Source: Erysipelotrichaceae bacterium MTC7 | GTDB taxonomy: Bacteria > Bacillota_I > Bacilli_A > Erysipelotrichales > Erysipelotrichaceae | Assembly: GCA_001695645.1 (NCBI GenBank) | Contig: LVZN01000084.1 | Span: 30,001 to 62,000 of the forward strand | Reading direction: 5' to 3' | Length of the DNA: 32,000 nucleotides | Shown here: piece after piece, positions 26,625 to 32,000 of the stretch | Numbering within the stretch: the stretch's first letter is position 1 | Layout: each line of letters opens with the position of its first letter | Position numbers and translations under genes: made by a program | The notes under the pieces: generated by a model | Told to the model about the DNA's origin: nothing | Databases searched by the model: none | Seen by the model: the letters and a program-made list of their open reading frames with translations, nothing else

Positions 26625-27772
26625 TGAAAAAAATCGGATTGATTGGTTTGTGTATATTGCTCGTTGCTTGTAGTTCACCTAAAGTAGACGAAGCAAAAGA
26701 CAATCCAAAAAAAGAAGCAAAAGATACAGTCGTATCATTTTTTGCAGTAGGGGATAACTTACTGCACGATACGATTAACTATGAAGCAAAAGAATATGGA
26801 AAGGAAAGTGGTCGAAACTACGACTATCGTCCATTCTACAAAAACTTCAAAAAACAAATCCAAGAAGCAGACGTGTCTTTTATTAACCAAGAAACGTTAG
26901 TTGGTGGCGAAGAACTAGGCATCTCTGGTTATCCAAATTTCAACTCACCCAAAGAAGTTGCCACAGATATTGCAACAACGGGATTCGATTTAGTTAATCT
27001 AGCAAGTAATCACAGTTTGGATCGAGGAAGTGAAGGAATTGCAAATGCATTAAAGTATTTCGATGAACAAAAGGAACTGACGACGGCTGGAATCAATGAC
27101 AGTGCAGAAAGACAAAGTCAAATAGCAACGTTTAAAAAAGAAGGAATCACGTTCTCCTTTTTGGCGTATACATACGGAACCAATGGAATTCTGCCAGCCA
27201 ATTCTTATGAAATCAATTATTTTGGTGATGAAAGAATTGCGCAAGATGTAGCGAAAGCGAAAGAACTTAGTGATGTTGTCATTGTTTCTGCACACTGGGG
27301 TGATGAAAACTCATTTGCATTGAACGATATGCAAAAACACTATGCACAAGTGTTTGCCGATGCGGGTGTAGATGTGGTTATTGGAACGCATCCACACGTT
27401 GTGCAACCAAATACATGGGTGCAAGGACAAGATGGTCATACAACCTATGTGATTTATTCCCTGGGAAATTTTTTAGGGGGTATGTTGGATACGAAAAATA
27501 TTGTAGGAAGTTATGCAACGTTTGATGTTATCAAAGATGCGAAAACGAAAGAAATTCGAGTCGCTAATGAAGATGTAAAACCATTGGTGATTGATTTTCA
27601 TGGAAACCAAGCAAACATCTTAGATGAACGCTATGATTACCAAGTTATGCCTTTGACCAAGGACTACGATAAAATTGCAGCTGAGCATGTACTTAATGGA
27701 TATGAAGGGCAAGTTGTATCGTATGCGGAACTAATGAGGATGTGGACCTATGGAACAAAACGTGAAATCTAA
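26624..27772 (+). CDS. CapA/PgsA-family metallophosphatase-fold lipoprotein
   Basis: 382 aa. Lipoprotein signal MKKIGLIGLCILLVAC. The CapA-type motifs are FFAVGDNLLH, NQETLVGG, NLASNHSLDRG, SAHWGDENS, GTHPHVVQP and YSLGNFL. Its start overlaps the upstream stop (TAATG). Confidence 0.75.
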   Translation: MKKIGLIGLCILLVACSSPKVDEAKDNPKKEAKDTVVSFFAVGDNLLHDTINYEAKEYGKESGRNYDYRPFYKNFKKQIQEADVSFINQETLVGGEELGISGYPNFNSPKEVATDIATTGFDLVNLASNHSLDRGSEGIANALKYFDEQKELTTAGINDSAERQSQIATFKKEGITFSFLAYTYGTNGILPANSYEINYFGDERIAQDVAKAKELSDVVIVSAHWGDENSFALNDMQKHYAQVFADAGVDVVIGTHPHVVQPNTWVQGQDGHTTYVIYSLGNFLGGMLDTKNIVGSYATFDVIKDAKTKEIRVANEDVKPLVIDFHGNQANILDERYDYQVMPLTKDYDKIAAEHVLNGYEGQVVSYAELMRMWTYGTKREI

Positions 27773-28352
27773 ACTTGAACAAATGGAAGTATATGCCAGC
27801 AAACATGATGTACCCATCATGCAAAAAGCAGGTATTGCATTTCTACAAACGTACATTCACGAACACAACGTCACACGAATTTTGGAATTGGGTAGTGCCA
27901 TTGGTTATTCTGCAATTCAAATGGCAATTGTAAATCCAAACATTCAAGTGGACAGTGTGGAGCGAGATGATGATCGCTACAAACAAGCGTGTCAAAATGT
28001 GAAAGATTGTCAGTTAGAAAATCAAATTCATTTATTTCATGCAGATGCTTTGCATTTTGAAACCAACCAAAGTTATGATTTGATTTTCATCGATGCTGCA
28101 AAAGCACAGTATATCAAATTCTTTGAACGTTATGAACCAAATGTAAACGTTGGTGGTGTATTTATCAGTGATAACTTAGAGTTTCATGGCATGGTACACG
28201 ATATTGAACATATCAAAAACCGCAACACGCGACAACTGGTTCGCAAGATTGCCAAATTTCATGACTATTTGCTGGAACGCAGCGATTATAAAACAACCTT
28301 CTATGCAATTGGTGATGGGATTGCCGTTAGTGAAAAGCAAAAAGATTCGTAA
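27750..28352 (+). CDS. Class I SAM-dependent O-methyltransferase (family 3, YrrM/TrmR-like)
   Basis: 200 aa. SAM-binding ILELGSAIGYSAIQMA, FIDAAKAQYIKFFE and ISDNLEFHG. It overlaps the upstream gene by 23 nt, with a GAGGA SD 9 nt upstream. An alternative start is at 27783. Confidence 0.7.
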   Translation: MEQNVKSKLEQMEVYASKHDVPIMQKAGIAFLQTYIHEHNVTRILELGSAIGYSAIQMAIVNPNIQVDSVERDDDRYKQACQNVKDCQLENQIHLFHADALHFETNQSYDLIFIDAAKAQYIKFFERYEPNVNVGGVFISDNLEFHGMVHDIEHIKNRNTRQLVRKIAKFHDYLLERSDYKTTFYAIGDGIAVSEKQKDS

Positions 28353-28373
28353 AAGACAGATGGAATCATTATG

Positions 28374-28382
28374 TGTTATAAT
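28374..28382 (+). promoter_or_regulatory. Extended -10 element (TGtTATAAT) upstream of the RraB-like gene
   Basis: TGTTATAAT at 28374-28382, 27 nt upstream of the ATG at 28409. Confidence 0.4.
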
Positions 28383-28408
28383 ATGAATATCTATTTATGG
28401 AGGATAAC

Positions 28409-28927
28409 ATGAAAAAAACATTAGGATTACTTGCTGCCCTAACAGCAGCGGCAGCTGTAGCTGTATATAAATTATCAAAAGACGATGAAAAGAAAGTAAA
28501 AGAGTTGGACGACAGTAAAGAAAAAATCTTACGTTCTGTTGAAGAAAAAGGATTTGAACCTGTTTCAGATGAAAAAGAAGAAACAAGTTTTGTCTCAAAT
28601 GCGTATCCACATCTAAATGAAGTAGATTTGGTAGCATTAACAAAGAAAAATGATGAGATGTTTGCATCGATTGCGGACTTGCAACCAACGGATGAGTATC
28701 CAATTCAACACATGATTCAATTCAGTAAACCAATCGATATGGAAGAGTTCAAAAACATTGTCATTTCGGAAGGATATGTCATTACGAATGGTGAAAAAGA
28801 AAACGAACTGTTGGTGTTGCACATTTCAAAAATGGATCACGATGACATCAGTGCTAAAGTGTTCTATTTGGCAGATCTTGCCAAAGCGCACGATGGTGTA
28901 TACGAAGGATGGATTTGTAAAAAGTAG
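28409..28927 (+). CDS. Membrane-anchored protein with C-terminal RraB-like (DUF1260-type) domain
   Basis: 172 aa from the ATG at 28409 (GGAGG SD 5 nt upstream; the ORF-track ATG at 28397 overlaps the SD). N-terminal signal-anchor KKTLGLLAALTAAAAVAVY. The C-terminal YPIQHMIQFSKPIDMEEFKNIVISEGYVIT...LVLHISKMDHDDISAKVFYLADLAKAHDGVYEGW aligns by eye with E. coli RraB (YTIEHHLSADD...FKLGYEVT...LMTLAEKFDVEYDGWGT). Confidence 0.5.
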   Translation: MKKTLGLLAALTAAAAVAVYKLSKDDEKKVKELDDSKEKILRSVEEKGFEPVSDEKEETSFVSNAYPHLNEVDLVALTKKNDEMFASIADLQPTDEYPIQHMIQFSKPIDMEEFKNIVISEGYVITNGEKENELLVLHISKMDHDDISAKVFYLADLAKAHDGVYEGWICKK

Positions 28928-28948
28928 TGATGATTCACTGCTTTTTTT
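28924..28948 (+). terminator. Rho-independent terminator after the RraB-like gene
   Basis: GTAGTGA-tgat-TCACTGC (7 bp, one G-U) followed by T7. It overlaps the stop codon. Confidence 0.65.
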
Positions 28949-28974
28949 CGCTTTTTAGGGCATACGAATATGCG

Positions 28975-29003
28975 TTGTGTCATGACAGAAAAAGTAGTAT
29001 AAT
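28975..29003 (+). promoter_or_regulatory. Putative promoter of the ecfA1-ecfA2-ecfT-truA operon
   Basis: TTGTGT (28975-28980), 17-nt spacer, TATAAT (28998-29003). A second TATAAT lies at 29007-29012. Confidence 0.45.
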
Positions 29004-29032
29004 AAGTATAATTTTGAGAAAGGACTGATGGC

Positions 29033-29854
29033 ATGATTAAAGTAGAAGATTTACATTTCAGTTATGATGAACATGATGAAACCATCAAAGGCGTAAGCTT
29101 TGAAGTGGAAGCAGGGAGTTATACCTCAATCATTGGTCATAACGGAAGTGGAAAAAGTACAATTGCAAAACTGCTCATTGGCTTATTAGAGAAAAGCAGT
29201 GGGAACATTGTGATTAACGATATGGAATTGAATGAAGAAAATCTCTATGCGATTCGTGCTTTGATTGGTGTCGTTTTTCAAAACCCGGATAACCAGTTTA
29301 TTGGTTCAACGGTAGCAGATGATATTGCCTTTGGTTTGGAAAATAAACAAGTCCCACAGGAGCAAATGCAACCGATCATTGATAAGTTTTCAAAGATTGT
29401 TGGGATGTATGACTTTTTGGACCGTGAACCTACCAGTTTGTCTGGTGGTCAAAAACAGCGAGTTGCTATTGCTGGTGTATTAGCGATGGATTTAAAGGTG
29501 ATCATTCTTGATGAAGCTGCAAGTATGTTAGACCCACGTGGAAAAAAGGAAATTCATGAATTGATCAACAAACTGCATGAAGAAGAAAACCTAACGGTTA
29601 TTTCGATTACACATGATATGGAAGAAGTGCTACGTAGTGATAAAGTTATCGTGCTTGATCACGGACATGTGAAAATGAGTGGAACGCCAGCAGAAATACT
29701 TCAACATGAGGATGAACTTGTGGCGTTGGAGTTGGATGTTCCCTTCGTCTATAAAGTGCAAAAAGAACTAAAAAACATTGGGGTTGAAATGGAAACCCAA
29801 GTAAGCGTTGAAGGGGTGGTGGAGCAACTATGTCGATTACATTCAAAAATCTAA
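29033..29854 (+). CDS. ecfA1: ECF transporter ATPase subunit EcfA1
   Basis: 273 aa. Walker A GHNGSGKST, signature LSGGQKQR, Walker B IILDEA. Canonical position and order ahead of ecfA2, ecfT and truA. Confidence 0.92.
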   Translation: MIKVEDLHFSYDEHDETIKGVSFEVEAGSYTSIIGHNGSGKSTIAKLLIGLLEKSSGNIVINDMELNEENLYAIRALIGVVFQNPDNQFIGSTVADDIAFGLENKQVPQEQMQPIIDKFSKIVGMYDFLDREPTSLSGGQKQRVAIAGVLAMDLKVIILDEAASMLDPRGKKEIHELINKLHEEENLTVISITHDMEEVLRSDKVIVLDHGHVKMSGTPAEILQHEDELVALELDVPFVYKVQKELKNIGVEMETQVSVEGVVEQLCRLHSKI

Positions 29855-30687
29855 GTCACACCTACAACGAAAAAACACCCTTTCCGTCAGCTGCCTTAAA
29901 TAACATCAACCTAACGATAGAAGAAGGCACTTTTACTGCAATTATTGGTGAAACTGGTAGTGGAAAAAGTACCCTTGTTCAACATCTCAATGCGTTGTTG
30001 TTACCGACAGCTGGTGAAGTGGATGTCAATGGGTTTGTGATTAAAGCAGATGAAAAAATTAAAAACTTAAAAAGTTTACGTCGTAAAGTAGGATTGGTAT
30101 TTCAATTTCCAGAATATCAACTATTTGAAGAAACCATTGAAAGTGATGTAGCTTTCGGTCCAAAAAACTTTGGTATTGAAGAAAGCATTGCAAAAGCAAA
30201 AGCACGTGAAGTGCTGGAACTAGTCGGTTTAGATGAAAGCTATCTTAATCGTTCACCCTTTGATTTATCGGGAGGGCAAAAACGTCGTGTGGCCATTGCC
30301 GGAATTTTAGCATTTGATCCTGAAATCTTGGTGTTGGATGAACCAACGGCTGGACTTGATCCACAAGGTGCTAAAGAGATGATGGAGTTGTTTAAAAAAC
30401 TTCATACGGATTATGGAAAAACCATTATTATGGTTACGCATGATATGGAACACGTCTTGAATTACTGTGATGATGTAATCTTGTTGAAAAACGGTGAAAT
30501 CGCAATGAAAAGTGATGTGAAATCATTTTTTAAAGATGATTTGACGGTGCATGAACTTGATGTACAACCACCACACATTGTAGATTTAAAACGAAGATTA
30601 ACAGCATGTGGATTTGCTGTAGATGAAGAAGCTTTTGATTTGCCAAGTTTAGTGGCAAGTTTAAAAGGAGAATTGCAACATGAGTAA
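29830..30687 (+). CDS. ecfA2: ECF transporter ATPase subunit EcfA2
   Basis: 285 aa. Walker A GETGSGKST, signature LSGGQKRR, Walker B LVLDEP. It overlaps ecfA1 by 25 nt. Confidence 0.92.
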   Translation: MSITFKNLSHTYNEKTPFPSAALNNINLTIEEGTFTAIIGETGSGKSTLVQHLNALLLPTAGEVDVNGFVIKADEKIKNLKSLRRKVGLVFQFPEYQLFEETIESDVAFGPKNFGIEESIAKAKAREVLELVGLDESYLNRSPFDLSGGQKRRVAIAGILAFDPEILVLDEPTAGLDPQGAKEMMELFKKLHTDYGKTIIMVTHDMEHVLNYCDDVILLKNGEIAMKSDVKSFFKDDLTVHELDVQPPHIVDLKRRLTACGFAVDEEAFDLPSLVASLKGELQHE

Positions 30688-31480
30688 TATGGTATTGGGT
30701 AGATATTTGCCACTGGATTCAAAAATCCACAGCATGGATCCACGCGCAAAAATTATGTGCATGCTGTTTTTACTGATTGCCATTTTTATCCCAGCAGGCT
30801 ATGTTGGATATGCAATCTTACTTGCCATTGTGTTTGTGGTTGTCTTAATGTCAAAAATTGGTTTACCGTATATTTTTAAAGCGATGAAACCAATGTTGTT
30901 TATGATGATTTTCCTGTTTGTGATTAACATGTTAGTGATCAAACGAGGAAACTTGCTATTTGAACTTGGTTGGTTTTCAATTTATGATGAAGCAATCTTT
31001 CAAACACTCTACATCGTCATCCGTTTACTGTTGATGATTAGTATTACCACATTGTTAACAGCAACAACAAAGCCACTGGATTTAACGCTGGGAATTGAAG
31101 ATTTGCTTGGACCTTTCCAAAAGATTGGTTTACCAAGTCACATCATTGCGATGATGATTTCTATCGCGTTACGTTTCATTCCAACTTTGATTGAAGAAAC
31201 CCAACGAATTATGAAAGCGCAAGCAAGTCGTGGTGTGGACTTTGAAGAAGGTAAATTCATGGAGAAGATTCGTAGTATTTTATCGCTTATTGTGCCACTG
31301 TTTATTTCAGCTTTCCAAAGAGCAGAGGATTTGGCATATGCAATGGAAGCTAGAGGTTATGCACCGGAAAACAAACGGACACGTTATAAACTGTTAAAAC
31401 TTAGGGCTTTTGATGTTGTAGCTATGATTTTTTGTGCGCTTGTAATTGCTGGTCTAGTTGGAGTAGCAATTCTTGTATGA
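30680..31480 (+). CDS. ecfT: ECF transporter transmembrane subunit EcfT
   Basis: 266 aa. LGRYLPLDSKIHSMDPRAKI... has the typical EcfT N-terminus. It also has the coupling-helix regions (ALRFIP..., ARG...). It overlaps ecfA2 by 8 nt. Confidence 0.9.
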   Translation: MSNMVLGRYLPLDSKIHSMDPRAKIMCMLFLLIAIFIPAGYVGYAILLAIVFVVVLMSKIGLPYIFKAMKPMLFMMIFLFVINMLVIKRGNLLFELGWFSIYDEAIFQTLYIVIRLLLMISITTLLTATTKPLDLTLGIEDLLGPFQKIGLPSHIIAMMISIALRFIPTLIEETQRIMKAQASRGVDFEEGKFMEKIRSILSLIVPLFISAFQRAEDLAYAMEARGYAPENKRTRYKLLKLRAFDVVAMIFCALVIAGLVGVAILV

Positions 31481-32000
31481 GATACAAAGTAACGGTTGCG
31501 TATGATGGAAGTATGTACATTGGATGGCAAACCCAAAATCGCAACGATAGTATTGAAGAAGCAATCGAACATGTTTTAAAAACAATGCATGGTTATGAGG
31601 TTGCCATTGTTGGTAGTGGGCGCACAGATGCTCGGGTGCATGCCAAAGGCCAGGTGTTCCACTTTGATTCCAATTTAGATATTGCAAGTGAACGGATGGT
31701 AGAAGCGCTAAATGCACAATTGGATAAAAGCATTCGTATTCAACAAGTAGAGCAAGTCGATGCTAACTTCCATGCACGATTTGATGCGTGTGCAAAGACC
31801 TATGAGTATTATCTAAGTCAAGATACAAAAAATCCATTCATTCGAAAATATATGGGCGTGGACTATCACCCAATGGATTTAGCATTGATGCAACAAGCAT
31901 GCCAAATTTTTGTTGGAACTCATGATTTTACGAGTTTTACATCAACAAAGATTCATCCAGATAAAGATCGAGAACGAACGATCTATAGTTTTAAAGTAAG
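31477..32000 (+). CDS. truA: tRNA pseudouridine(38-40) synthase TruA, N-terminal part (runs off the window end)
   Basis: Not in the ORF track because there is no stop inside the window. ATG at 31477 overlaps the ecfT stop (ATGA). The translation is MRYKVTVAYDGSMYIGWQTQ...AIVGSGRTDARVHAKGQVFHFDS..., with the catalytic GRTDxGVHA-type motif. Confidence 0.92.
   Translation, partial: MRYKVTVAYDGSMYIGWQTQNRNDSIEEAIEHVLKTMHGYEVAIVGSGRTDARVHAKGQVFHFDSNLDIASERMVEALNAQLDKSIRIQQVEQVDANFHARFDACAKTYEYYLSQDTKNPFIRKYMGVDYHPMDLALMQQACQIFVGTHDFTSFTSTKIHPDKDRERTIYSFKV

Noticed and set aside
26624-27772. The CapA homolog considered as evidence for a poly-gamma-glutamate capsule locus.
   Set aside because: No CapB/PgsB ligase or CapC/PgsC membrane subunit gene is adjacent or anywhere in the window.
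1-32000. A search of the whole window for tRNA, rRNA, CRISPR arrays, IS elements and toxin-antitoxin pairs.
   Set aside because: All intergenic gaps are short (at most 416 bp). They are accounted for by promoters, terminators, the TPP riboswitch and leaders. I saw no cloverleaf-like sequences, no regularly spaced repeats and no transposase-like ORFs.

Overview
The window is a low-GC Bacillota-type chromosomal segment. Its backbone is the conserved translation-gene run: fusA (3' end), tuf, then the S10, spc and alpha clusters (rpsJ through rplQ, including secY, adk, map, infA, rpmJ and rpoA), followed by ecfA1-ecfA2-ecfT and truA (5' part). About 50 genes are on the + strand and one is on the - strand. 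Two accessory wedges interrupt the backbone.

Wedge A (about 1.6-10.2 kb, between tuf and rpsJ) carries an APC-type amino acid permease and an M18 aminopeptidase that is translationally coupled to an unknown membrane protein. It also carries a CPBP/CAAX intramembrane protease coupled to a frameshift-split integrase-core-binding (SAM-like) domain gene, and a TPP riboswitch driving thiT. Its last two genes are an orphan OmpR-type response regulator with a degenerate phospho-acceptor pocket (the only minus-strand gene) and, divergent from it, a 505-aa coiled-coil surface protein with a non-canonical QPATG sorting signal.

Wedge B (about 24.7-29.0 kb, between rplQ and ecfA1) carries an SseB-like protein, a translationally coupled VanY/LdcB-like lipoprotein, CapA-like lipoprotein and O-methyltransferase operon, and a membrane-anchored RraB-like protein.

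The ribosomal clusters have four peculiarities. There is no rpmD (L30) between rpsE and rplO. L3, S3 and S5 carry low-complexity extensions. The S3 tail contains a tandem DNA repeat. An identical 19-nt translation-initiation region precedes both rplB and rpsS.

I found no tRNA, rRNA, CRISPR array, transposase or catalytic integrase. Nothing here amounts to a clearly novel multi-gene system. The best candidates for follow-up are the atypical regulator and surface-protein divergon with its palindromic ATGCAAT-type motifs, the split core-binding-domain gene, and the membrane-anchored RraB-like protein. All homology calls come from reading the translations by eye, not from database searches.
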